Source of the DNA: an uncultured Eubacteriales bacterium
GTDB taxonomy: Bacteria; Bacillota; Clostridia; Oscillospirales; Acutalibacteraceae
Direction of reading: 5' to 3'
Assembly (NCBI GenBank): GCA_900321195.1
Contig: ONVG01000001.1
Coordinates: 1 to 36,423 of the forward strand
Length of the DNA stretch: 36,423 nucleotides
A model generated the notes under the pieces. The model ran no database searches and was not told the DNA's origin. It saw only the letters and a program-made list of their open reading frames with translations. A program made the position numbers and the translations under genes. Positions 1 through 7,405 of the stretch are shown piece after piece (position 1 is the first letter of the stretch; the number at the start of each line of letters is the position of its first letter).

Positions 1-89
1 CCATCTGTCAAAATCCGATTGTTTATATAGAGCAACCGAGCCGTCCGCCATTTGTCGCCTTTATAAAATTTTTCAGCCCATTTTTTCAT
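1..89 (-). CDS. HNH endonuclease-like protein, N-terminal fragment running off the left edge
   Basis: ATG at 89-87 (minus). Translation MKKWAEKFYKGDKWRTARLLYINNRILTDG resembles the N-terminus of phage HNH endonucleases. Absent from the ORF track because it is truncated. Confidence 0.35.
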   Translation of the reverse strand, partial: MKKWAEKFYKGDKWRTARLLYINNRILTD

Positions 90-92
90 TTT

Positions 93-425
93 TTACTCTC
101 TTTTTTCTTGATCCAACAGGAAAAAGAACAGTCGTCTTATTCTCCTGTAAGTCGAACGGCTGCACGGAATACTATGTCTCATATACAGATGATCGTATGT
201 TATATCCTCTCTTGTAACAGATGAAAGAATGTCCACGAACAGACTATCCATTCTTGAACCGTTGTAAATTGCTTTCAGAGCCCGGTGTAAAGCATCCTCA
301 ACGATTTTCCGCCGCCTGTCTGTTATTCCCCATTTCGGATATTGAAGGCACCAATAATAAAGTTCACGGTACCTGTATCTGCTTATCCCATATTCGCTAA
401 GCTTCAGATCCCTTCTCTTCGACAT
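93..425 (-). CDS. putative late-gene transcriptional regulator (sigma-like/ArpU/RinA-like), weak call
   Basis: 110-aa ORF lying just before the HNH gene, as phage late activators do. C-terminal basic HTH-like segment SRSTYRRIRRLF. Confidence 0.35.
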   Translation of the reverse strand: MSKRRDLKLSEYGISRYRYRELYYWCLQYPKWGITDRRRKIVEDALHRALKAIYNGSRMDSLFVDILSSVTREDITYDHLYMRHSIPCSRSTYRRIRRLFFFLLDQEKRE

Positions 426-428
426 GAT

Positions 429-626
429 CTATTTCCTTTCTTTCAGCTTTCTCTGCATATTCATAAACGCTCTTTCGGAATACTGCACCAGTGCTTCTTC
501 CGGGTTTGTCGTTATAAAGGTTGAACCGTCTTTGGAATTGTAAATGAGATGTTCTCCCGTTCCGGGATTATAATACCATCCCACTCCCGCTGATGGATCA
601 ACCTTCTTCATTCCTTTGACATTCAT
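429..626 (-). CDS. hypothetical protein
   Basis: 65-aa ORF packed tightly between neighbouring genes on the same strand. Confidence 0.45.
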   Translation of the reverse strand: MNVKGMKKVDPSAGVGWYYNPGTGEHLIYNSKDGSTFITTNPEEALVQYSERAFMNMQRKLKERK

Positions 627-944
627 TCAGATCCCGCTTTCTTCAATATCAAGATAACGGCATATAGTCCTTGCTGCTTCCTGCCAGCTGTAACATACCG
701 CTGTTGCATATCCTTGCGCCGACAGAAAAACAAGCCACTTGACCTGTTCCTCTGTCGGCTTGTTCTTACCGTATTTCATTTCTATCCTCAAGCCGTGATA
801 ACCTTTTCTTGCGACCGGCAGATCAAGATCAGGCACTCCTGCTCTGACTCCCTGCCTTTTGAGGTTGACTGCTTCTTTCTTGTTGCGGCTTCCGCCGTTC
901 GGAATATGGTGCAGATATTCAAGCTCTTTGTACTTTCCGGACAT
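627..944 (-). CDS. VRR-NUC domain nuclease; reading frame stays open and VRR-NUC-like upstream to 1040
   Basis: Motifs HIPNGG, GVPDLDL and LRIEMK (PD-(D/E)xK core) followed by EEQ..W. The same frame upstream of the ATG reads GVLIQHEAIEQQHLFQWAAF, the usual first helix of the domain. Confidence 0.8.
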   Translation of the reverse strand: MSGKYKELEYLHHIPNGGSRNKKEAVNLKRQGVRAGVPDLDLPVARKGYHGLRIEMKYGKNKPTEEQVKWLVFLSAQGYATAVCYSWQEAARTICRYLDIEESGI

Positions 945-1141
945 AAATGCCGCCCACTGAAACAGATGCTGCTGTTCAATTGCTTCGTGCTGTATAAGAA
1001 CGCCTTTATTCTTTCCTCTGCCGCTGTGAATTGCAGATCGTCAATAAAATCGCATAGCTGCGCATCTGTCATTTTCCTGACCTTTACCGCTGTGTCATGC
1101 TGCCTTTTCTCAAGAGGTGTCTTCCTGTAATTCTTCTTCAT
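788..1141 (-). CDS. hypothetical ORF; only about the first 45 codons look genuine, possibly joined to the VRR-NUC gene by a -1 frame change
   Basis: ORF overlaps the VRR-NUC gene by 157 nt. Its C-terminal part is Cys/Arg-rich, shadow-like sequence. Confidence 0.3.
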   Translation of the reverse strand: MKKNYRKTPLEKRQHDTAVKVRKMTDAQLCDFIDDLQFTAAEERIKAFLYSTKQLNSSICFSGRHLCPESTKSLNICTIFRTAEAATRKKQSTSKGRESEQECLILICRSQEKVITA

Positions 1142-2048
1142 TCGTTTTTCTCCTTCCGATAAAACTGTCTATGTATTCGTCATCATCAAACCAATCGTTC
1201 ATATCCCATTCGGACTCCTGGGAGTTTCTGTACATAACCAGTGATACATACCACTGCTGATTGAACCGATTTTGCCCGGTCACTATTTTCACGACCCTGT
1301 ATCCCCGATACCGCCGTTCCCAGTACTCCCTGTCTTCCTGATGAACAGTACCCATCAGCTCAACTCTGCGGCTTGTCAGCTTACCGTCTTTTATTTTTTC
1401 TTCCGGCTTTCTGAGATTACGTGAACAAACAAATTTTTTTGCCCCGGGCGGTGCGTAGGAATGATCCGCCTGCTTGACAAGGTAAGCGCCTATTTTTTCA
1501 GGTCCCCAGTAGTCAGGATCATACCTGTCAGCTTTGCGGGATATGCCCTTATTCCAGATACTTCTGTAATCTCTCCAGTCTCTTTCATATCCGCATCCGG
1601 ACAATATCAGATGGAAATGATATCCGCCCCGTTTTTTCGCTTCGATCGTGTAGATATATTTCAGCGGTTCTTCTGCCTTTCTGAGCTGTGCCCTGAGTTC
1701 CTTGTTTTTGGGTTCGGCTTTCAGCTTTGATCTCAGCTCTTCCGCTTTCCTTTCACGGAACGTCTTTATCCGCCGAAGGTAGTTAACTATATCCCGCTTG
1801 GCCTGCTCATACTCATCCGGTCTCTTATTCTCCGAATATGTCAGATGAATGATTACATCGCTTTCATCAAAATTTGCATTGAGCAGTCTGACCGCTCTCT
1901 TTTGCGCTTGCTTTTGATTGTATTTTGCCTGCTGCTCTGATGATACCTTCGACTTCGGACCTCTGAATATGTGCTTGCCGTCCCGTGTCACCGGATAGAT
2001 ATTCACTTCCAGCAGCTTCCCGGATTTTATCCTTTTCTCTCTTATCAT
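1110..2048 (-). CDS. HUH-superfamily Rep-like (rolling-circle type) replication initiator candidate
   Basis: Ordered motifs IIHLTYS (motif 1-like), YHFHLILS (HUH) and GAYLVKQ (Tyr motif), located in the early region downstream of the Cro-like gene. Confidence 0.5.
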   Translation of the reverse strand: MIREKRIKSGKLLEVNIYPVTRDGKHIFRGPKSKVSSEQQAKYNQKQAQKRAVRLLNANFDESDVIIHLTYSENKRPDEYEQAKRDIVNYLRRIKTFRERKAEELRSKLKAEPKNKELRAQLRKAEEPLKYIYTIEAKKRGGYHFHLILSGCGYERDWRDYRSIWNKGISRKADRYDPDYWGPEKIGAYLVKQADHSYAPPGAKKFVCSRNLRKPEEKIKDGKLTSRRVELMGTVHQEDREYWERRYRGYRVVKIVTGQNRFNQQWYVSLVMYRNSQESEWDMNDWFDDDEYIDSFIGRRKTNEEELQEDTS

Positions 2049-2123
2049 TTTTCGACCTCGTTCCCGTTGATAAGATAATACGGATATTCAAGCTCAAAAG
2101 CGGCTTAAAAACCGCTTAAAAAC

Positions 2124-2152
2124 TTGACTTTCCGGAGTCGCCGTGGTATAAT
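2124..2152 (+). promoter_or_regulatory. near-consensus sigma70/sigmaA-type promoter facing against the surrounding genes
   Basis: TTGACT (2124-2129), 17-nt spacer, TGgTATAAT (extended -10, hexamer 2147-2152). Confidence 0.5.
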
Positions 2153-2221
2153 TCAATTGTCTTGAAATATCGGAACCGACGACTCCGATCCGCCCGTGGA
2201 CAGACGTTTGCCCTGCTCTGT

Positions 2222-2461
2222 TCATGGGTCTTTTTCTATGTTCAATGCTCTGAACATGATCTCGGCTCTTTCCGGATACATCTCCAGAAACTTCTCTCTG
2301 ATCTCTGCTTCAAACTCTATCCGTTCCTGATCGGATATCGGAAAATGCTGCGGCAGTCCTTTCCGCTTTTTAAAGCTTTCATATTTTTCGCGGATCCGGG
2401 GATCAGAGATATTAACGCAGAACCCGTATTCATTCATCGGCATGAAAATAGCCATACTCAA
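2222..2461 (-). CDS. hypothetical protein
   Basis: 79-aa ORF whose start overlaps the stop of the upstream gene by 4 nt. Confidence 0.5.
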   Translation of the reverse strand: MSMAIFMPMNEYGFCVNISDPRIREKYESFKKRKGLPQHFPISDQERIEFEAEIREKFLEMYPERAEIMFRALNIEKDP

Positions 2462-2667
2462 CGTCCCTCATTTGCAATACGTTCTATCATCAGTTTGTCA
2501 TTGTAGCTTATGTACCCAAGTGCCCAGAGGTAGCTTGTGGCGGTTGCCATCGGAACACCCACAGCCTTTATTCTCCCGACTACCGCCGACAGTTTTCCCG
2601 GTGACGGTCTGATATAGGCATCTACTATTGCTCTTTTCTGCTCTGCTGTCATATCATTTATCTGCAT
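2458..2667 (-). CDS. hypothetical protein (start refined to the internal ATG)
   Basis: GAGGGAG RBS lies ahead of MQINDMTAEQK. The longer ORF-track start would overlap the upstream gene. Confidence 0.45.
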   Translation of the reverse strand: MQINDMTAEQKRAIVDAYIRPSPGKLSAVVGRIKAVGVPMATATSYLWALGYISYNDKLMIERIANEGR

Positions 2668-2680
2668 TGTTATCACTCCC

Positions 2681-2872
2681 TCAGACAGCTGAATACTTCC
2701 TTGGTATCGGACGGATGAACTCTTCATCTGTCCTCTTTTTTCTACCTCTTTTTTTAACAAGGGCAGTCATTTCCCTCTCAAGGTGATCTATTGCCCTTGC
2801 ATAATCCTCGATGGTGTCCAGCGGAGCGGTAAAATTTACTCCGCTGTTTTCCTTTATGCTAATTTTTCCCAT
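2681..2872 (-). CDS. hypothetical small protein, paralog of 33783..34013
   Basis: Shared pattern MG..I..NSGV...AP.DT.....I..L..E...L with the other copy. Confidence 0.5.
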   Translation of the reverse strand: MGKISIKENSGVNFTAPLDTIEDYARAIDHLEREMTALVKKRGRKKRTDEEFIRPIPRKYSAV

Positions 2873-2944
2873 TGGCTTGTTCTCCTCTCAGATTCTCTGT
2901 TATTATGCACAGCATGAGCTTTAGTGCCAACAGTTTACGTTTAT

Positions 2945-3193
2945 TCATAATTTATCCACCTGCCCGATAATGAGCATATTCAATGGCACTTCACACGCTG
3001 CCGCTATTCTTATTAACTCACCTATTGTAAAGGTGTCCGGTCGTTTTTCCCTTCGAAGAAGTGTAGTATAAGGAATGGAAATTTTCAAAGCCCACTCCTT
3101 ATGAGACAGTTCCAGTCTATTCTGATGGTAAGCCATAACATCAAGAACTCTTTCCCCGGGATTTCGTGTCTTGTAGCTTTTAACTTTTGGCAT
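2945..3193 (-). CDS. HTH DNA-binding protein (XRE-like)
   Basis: 82-aa ORF with an HTH-like segment SHKEWALKISIPYTTLLRREK. Confidence 0.55.
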   Translation of the reverse strand: MPKVKSYKTRNPGERVLDVMAYHQNRLELSHKEWALKISIPYTTLLRREKRPDTFTIGELIRIAAACEVPLNMLIIGQVDKL

Positions 3194-3323
3194 TTAGTTC
3201 ACCTCTTTTTCTCCTGCATACCGGGCAGATGTAGTACTCGTACTTATCAAACTTGCTGACGTTCCACTCTGTCCCACAGTATATGCAGGTTTTGTATACC
3301 GCGCCCTCTTTCCGCTGTTTCAC
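3180..3323 (-). CDS. small zinc-ribbon protein (47 aa, below the ORF-track cutoff)
   Basis: GTG start overlaps the Cro-like stop (GTGA). Translation VKQRKEGAVYKTCIYCGTEWNVSKFDKYEYYICPVCRRKRGELNAKS has CxxC...CxxC. It fills an otherwise empty gap. Confidence 0.4.
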   Translation of the reverse strand: MKQRKEGAVYKTCIYCGTEWNVSKFDKYEYYICPVCRRKRGELNAKS

Positions 3324-3529
3324 TGCTGTACTCTCTCCCCGTAGACTAACTGGTCGACTGTCGTGCTCAGAGCCCTCGCTATCTTCACAGCGTTCTCAAG
3401 GTTCGGCACTTTCAGCCCTGTTTCAAACATGCTTATCGCCTGCTGTGTTATCTGGGCTTCTTCTGCAAGTTCTGTCTGGCTCATGTTTGCCTTTTCTCTG
3501 TAATGCCTGATATTTTCTCCCAATGCCAT
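3320..3529 (-). CDS. Cro-like XRE-family HTH regulator
   Basis: MSQTELAEEAQITQQAISMFETG is a classic XRE HTH. Gene is divergent from the CI-like gene. RBS AAGGGGGGTG. Confidence 0.8.
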   Translation of the reverse strand: MALGENIRHYREKANMSQTELAEEAQITQQAISMFETGLKVPNLENAVKIARALSTTVDQLVYGERVQQ

Positions 3530-3567
3530 ATTTTCACCCCCCTTTTTTATTTTTACATTTTTGGTTG

Positions 3568-3596
3568 TTGACTTTGTGAATAAAAAATAATATACT
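3568..3596 (+). promoter_or_regulatory. candidate rightward (repressor-side) promoter
   Basis: TTGACT, 17-nt spacer, TATACT. Confidence 0.4.
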
Positions 3597-3653
3597 TAAA
3601 GTAAGTATATATATTTATTTGGGTTGTTACATTCTCGTTACAACCTTAACTGT

Positions 3654-3682
3654 ATTATAATTTACATTTATGTAGAAATCAA
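3654..3682 (-). promoter_or_regulatory. candidate early (Cro-side) promoter
   Basis: Minus strand reads TTGATT, 17-nt spacer, TATAAT. The palindrome TACATTTATGTA sits in the spacer. Confidence 0.45.
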
Positions 3683-3746
3683 GTAAATTTTCTAAGTTCT
3701 TGTAGATTTGTAATGATTCCACAATTTCAGCTCTACATTTTTGTAG
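3663..3746. promoter_or_regulatory. operator-like TGTAGA sites in the switch region
   Basis: Palindromes TACATTTATGTA (3663-3674) and CTACATTTTTGTAG (3733-3746), plus TGTAGAT at 3701. Confidence 0.45.
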
Positions 3747-3769
3747 AAAATATTGAAAGGAGTGATTAT

Positions 3770-4144
3770 ATGTTATTTTGGGAACGATTTTATAGTCTGT
3801 GTCTGTCAGTTAATAAAAAGCCTAATACAATTTGCAATGAATTAGGCTTCTCTTCAGCAACATCAACTCATTGGAAAAACGGAACAATGCCAAAAGGAGA
3901 TGCGTTGTTGTCACTTGCTGACTACTTTGACTGCTCGGTAGATTATCTGCTCGGACGAGAGGAAACAAAAAAAGCCGCTGTTCTATCAGTTGAGAGCAGC
4001 GACACTAAAAAAGAGCAGCTCATAAAAAACTATGAACTGCTCAATGATGAAGGGCAGGAAGACCTTCTGGACTATTCGGAGATGCTTGCAAGCAATCCGA
4101 GAAAAATAAAAGAAAGTAATAATTCTGTTCAAATGAATGCGTAA
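3770..4144 (+). CDS. CI-like XRE-family repressor (start refined)
   Basis: RBS GAAAGGAG 8 nt ahead of the ATG at 3770. HTH segment PNTICNELGFSSATSTHWKNG. Divergent from the Cro-like gene. Confidence 0.75.
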   Translation: MLFWERFYSLCLSVNKKPNTICNELGFSSATSTHWKNGTMPKGDALLSLADYFDCSVDYLLGREETKKAAVLSVESSDTKKEQLIKNYELLNDEGQEDLLDYSEMLASNPRKIKESNNSVQMNA

Positions 4145-4163
4145 TTAAAGAAAGGATGATAAA

Positions 4164-5276
4164 ATGGATCCGATAGTAATTTTCTTTGTCATTATAATTG
4201 TCGTTTCAGTAATAATTTCAATACTATATTACAGTGCAATTAATAATAACAATAATTCTCCGCCATCACAACCCAAATACACATCCTCTAAACCTCAATA
4301 TACACCTGACTATGAACATGAACTTGAATACAAAAAAAATAAAAGCGTTGATATATCGTACAATACAACACACAATATGCCAAGTACCTACATAATTGTT
4401 GACGTCCAGACTACAGGCTTGGATTATTTCAAGGATAGTATTCTTGAGATCACTGCTGAAAGATATGACGAAGGAATAAAACATGATGACTTCCATAGCT
4501 ATTGTAAATATACTAAACACATCCCCGATGAAGCGTTTGCGGTTAATAATATTTTTTCATCAGATGTAAACAACGCTCCTTCTTTACGTATTGTACTTAA
4601 CGAATTTCTGAACTACATTAAAGATTATCCTCTTTTAACATACAATGCAGAATTTGAAATGAGTTTTTTACAGTATAATTGTATCACTAAACTTAAAAAA
4701 CGTATAAACAACAATGTTATTAATGGACTTGAATTGAGTAGAGAAAACCTGCCCGATCTTCATGATCACAAGCTGTCTACTATTCAAAAATATTTCAACG
4801 TAGTAAAAGGTCCTAAACACTCATATAACAATTGTAAAACAATCAATCACTTGTACCACTATTGCATACAAAGAGAAGAATCAATCAGTAAATATGGAGT
4901 AGCATTTTCATCAGATCCTTGCGAGCTGAACGATTTAGAAGTTAATTATCTTAATGAATTTGTAAAAATCTGTGTCAGAAATAAAATCAAGAAATCCTCA
5001 CTTTCAATCAGAAAGAGTGGAAAATATCTTATTGTTATGCGCAATCAAATACCACTTATTAAGTTTAAGCTTAACGGAAAATTAAACTATTTTTTGATAG
5101 ATATACCTTATAATAAATTTATATCAGAATGTCATACGGAAATAGAATGTGCTTCCGGAAGCAGTAACGAAATAGGAATGACAAGAGTATTATCAACATC
5201 TCCGGAGCAAATGAACGAGTTTAAAGAATACATTTTTACATCAAAAACAAGAGTCTGGTCAACTCAATCATTTTGA
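4164..5276 (+). CDS. membrane-anchored DnaQ/DEDD-exonuclease-fold protein with degenerate catalytic motifs plus an unknown C-terminal domain
   Basis: N-terminal TM helix IVIFFVIIIVVSVIISILYY. Exo I-like VDVQTTGL (E to Q), Exo II-like YNAEFEMSFL (D to E), Exo III-like HSYNNC (D lost). Confidence 0.6.
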   Translation: MDPIVIFFVIIIVVSVIISILYYSAINNNNNSPPSQPKYTSSKPQYTPDYEHELEYKKNKSVDISYNTTHNMPSTYIIVDVQTTGLDYFKDSILEITAERYDEGIKHDDFHSYCKYTKHIPDEAFAVNNIFSSDVNNAPSLRIVLNEFLNYIKDYPLLTYNAEFEMSFLQYNCITKLKKRINNNVINGLELSRENLPDLHDHKLSTIQKYFNVVKGPKHSYNNCKTINHLYHYCIQREESISKYGVAFSSDPCELNDLEVNYLNEFVKICVRNKIKKSSLSIRKSGKYLIVMRNQIPLIKFKLNGKLNYFLIDIPYNKFISECHTEIECASGSSNEIGMTRVLSTSPEQMNEFKEYIFTSKTRVWSTQSF

Positions 5277-5283
5277 ATAATAT

Positions 5284-6087
5284 ATGAAAGAAAGAATTTT
5301 TGAAATAGTAAGTTCGCCTGACGAACCAAGCAAGCTCAGTAAAGCATTTGACATTTTTATAATCTGCCTGATAGTTTTGAATGTTATAACAGTAATAGCA
5401 GACACATTCAGTCTTCCTGAGTGGGCAAGAAACATCCTCTGGTGGATAGAAGTAGTATCTGTTGTGATCTTTACACTGGAGTACCTGCTGCGTATCTATA
5501 CAGCAGACCTTATGTTTCCCGAAATGAAGCCGTTCAGAGCAAGACTCAGATACATACGATCCTTTATGGCAGTGATAGATTTGCTTGCAATTCTGCCGTT
5601 TTATGTTCCATACATAATTCCTATTGATCTGCGTGTGCTGCGTATGCTGCGGATAATAAGACTGCTGAGAATATTCAAGATAAACCGCTATACAACGGCA
5701 TTATCAACAATTGCAGATGTATTCAAACGCAAAAGACACGAGCTTTTATCATCAATTGCAGTTGTATCAATGCTGATGATAATTGCCGCTGTCCTTATGT
5801 ACAATATAGAGAACGAAGCACAGCCGGAAGCCTTTGAGAATGCCTTTGCCGCTTTATGGTGGGCAGTAGCTACTCTGACTACTGTAGGATATGGAGATGT
5901 TTATCCGGTTACTGTTCTCGGGAAAATTCTGAGTGCAATTATTGCCCTTCTCGGTATCGGACTGGTAGCAGTACCGACAGGTATTATATCATCGGGTTTT
6001 GTTGAGAGCATGGAAGAAAAGCATAAAGCTCAGGAAGAACATGATAAAAAATGTTTTTGTCCCTATTGTGGGAAGAAATTGAAATAA
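5284..6087 (+). CDS. 6TM voltage-sensor-type potassium channel
   Basis: Selectivity filter TTVGYGD. S4-like segment RVLRMLRIIRLLRIFK with a basic residue every third position. Six hydrophobic segments. C-terminal CFCPYCG. Confidence 0.85.
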   Translation: MKERIFEIVSSPDEPSKLSKAFDIFIICLIVLNVITVIADTFSLPEWARNILWWIEVVSVVIFTLEYLLRIYTADLMFPEMKPFRARLRYIRSFMAVIDLLAILPFYVPYIIPIDLRVLRMLRIIRLLRIFKINRYTTALSTIADVFKRKRHELLSSIAVVSMLMIIAAVLMYNIENEAQPEAFENAFAALWWAVATLTTVGYGDVYPVTVLGKILSAIIALLGIGLVAVPTGIISSGFVESMEEKHKAQEEHDKKCFCPYCGKKLK

Positions 6088-6127
6088 AAAATCGCCCCCG
6101 CCGGCACTGGTAATACCGACAGGGGCA

Positions 6128-6187
6128 GGAGCTGTGTTATATGTCAAAAAACAACTCAATATGATATTGTTATTATAACACAGCTCC
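6128..6187. repeat. perfect 14-bp inverted repeat between the channel gene and int
   Basis: GGAGCTGTGTTATA (6128-6141) and TATAACACAGCTCC (6174-6187), separated by a 32-nt loop. Confidence 0.7.
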
Positions 6188-6215
6188 GATAAAAACGCAA
6201 TAAGGAGTGATATTG

Positions 6216-7256
6216 ATGAAAGCTAAAAAATTACCATCCGGATCATGGAATGTGCAGGTATTTGTCGGCTATGATCAGAATGGAAAGAAAATACGCAAGA
6301 GCTTTACTGCGCCGACAAAGAAAGAAGCAGAATATCTTGCTGCAAGCTTTAAAGCTCACCATCAGGAAGTCACCAGAGACAGTTCTGCTATGACTCTGAG
6401 TGAAGCTATAGATAAGTACATTGAATTTAAGGGGGCTACTCTTTCCCCTTCAACTATCAGGGGTTACAATTATATTAAGAAAAAAGCATTTCCATCAATA
6501 ATGAACATAAAAATCAATAAGCTAACGGCACACAAGGTACAAGCAGCAGTTAACAAAGAAATTGGAACAAAAAAACCTAAAACAATAAAAAACGAGATTG
6601 TTCTGATACGTACTGTTGTAAAAATGTATGCTCCATCGGTCAATCTGTCTGATATTTCTTTACCGCAGCCAAAGAAATATATAGCTCAGGAGTTATCTTT
6701 GGAGCAGGTCAAACTGTTATTATCTGAGATAGTAAAAGATGAACAAGCTATTCCGTTATTGATAGCTATGTGTCTGGGGCTGAGAATTTCCGAAATAACA
6801 GCACTCAGATGGAGTGATTATGATACAGATAATATGGTTCTTTCTGTAGATAAGGCGATAGTCAGAGATATCACAAATGCAATGGTTCAAAAAGGAACCA
6901 AAACAGAGGAAAGCGAACGTACTATAGTTGTTCCGCCTTTTCTCCATAAACTAATGGTTAGAAACGCTCAAAAACCATCTGATCATATAATGACCAAATC
7001 TCAGTCGGCTGTAAGAGAACATCTTAAAAAAATATGTGATAATGTCGGTATTCCACATCTGAGAGTACATGATCTCAGACACATTAACGCATCTGTTATG
7101 CTTTATCTGAACATACCGGCAAAATATGCAATGGAACGTGGAGGATGGAGCGATATAAAAACAATGGACAAAATATATCAGTTCACATTTAAGGATCAGA
7201 AAAGAGTTGTCGATGATCGGATAAACGACTTTTTTTCTCAGGCTGTTGACCTGTGA
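6216..7256 (+). CDS. int: tyrosine integrase
   Basis: LRISEITALRWSD (Arg), HDLRHINASV (HxxR), GGWSDIKTMDKIYQF (Tyr). N-terminal arm-binding-like segment KLPSGSWNVQVFVGYD. AAGGAG RBS ahead of the ATG at 6216. Confidence 0.9.
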   Translation: MKAKKLPSGSWNVQVFVGYDQNGKKIRKSFTAPTKKEAEYLAASFKAHHQEVTRDSSAMTLSEAIDKYIEFKGATLSPSTIRGYNYIKKKAFPSIMNIKINKLTAHKVQAAVNKEIGTKKPKTIKNEIVLIRTVVKMYAPSVNLSDISLPQPKKYIAQELSLEQVKLLLSEIVKDEQAIPLLIAMCLGLRISEITALRWSDYDTDNMVLSVDKAIVRDITNAMVQKGTKTEESERTIVVPPFLHKLMVRNAQKPSDHIMTKSQSAVREHLKKICDNVGIPHLRVHDLRHINASVMLYLNIPAKYAMERGGWSDIKTMDKIYQFTFKDQKRVVDDRINDFFSQAVDL

Positions 7257-7339
7257 TTCCATATGGAATTTCATATGGAATAGCGTTAAAAAATATGAAA
7301 TTTTAATCCTAAAAGTGATAATATAATTACATATCTGAT

Positions 7340-7396
7340 ACTATAAAAATATATAAACCCCGCATAAACACTGAACTTTCAGCATCTATGCGGGGT
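7340..7396 (-). terminator. rho-independent terminator downstream of the tRNA fragment
   Basis: 10-bp stem ACCCCGCATA/TATGCGGGGT, followed on the minus strand by TTTATATATTTTT. Confidence 0.6.
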
Positions 7397-7405
7397 CTTT
7401 CTGAG

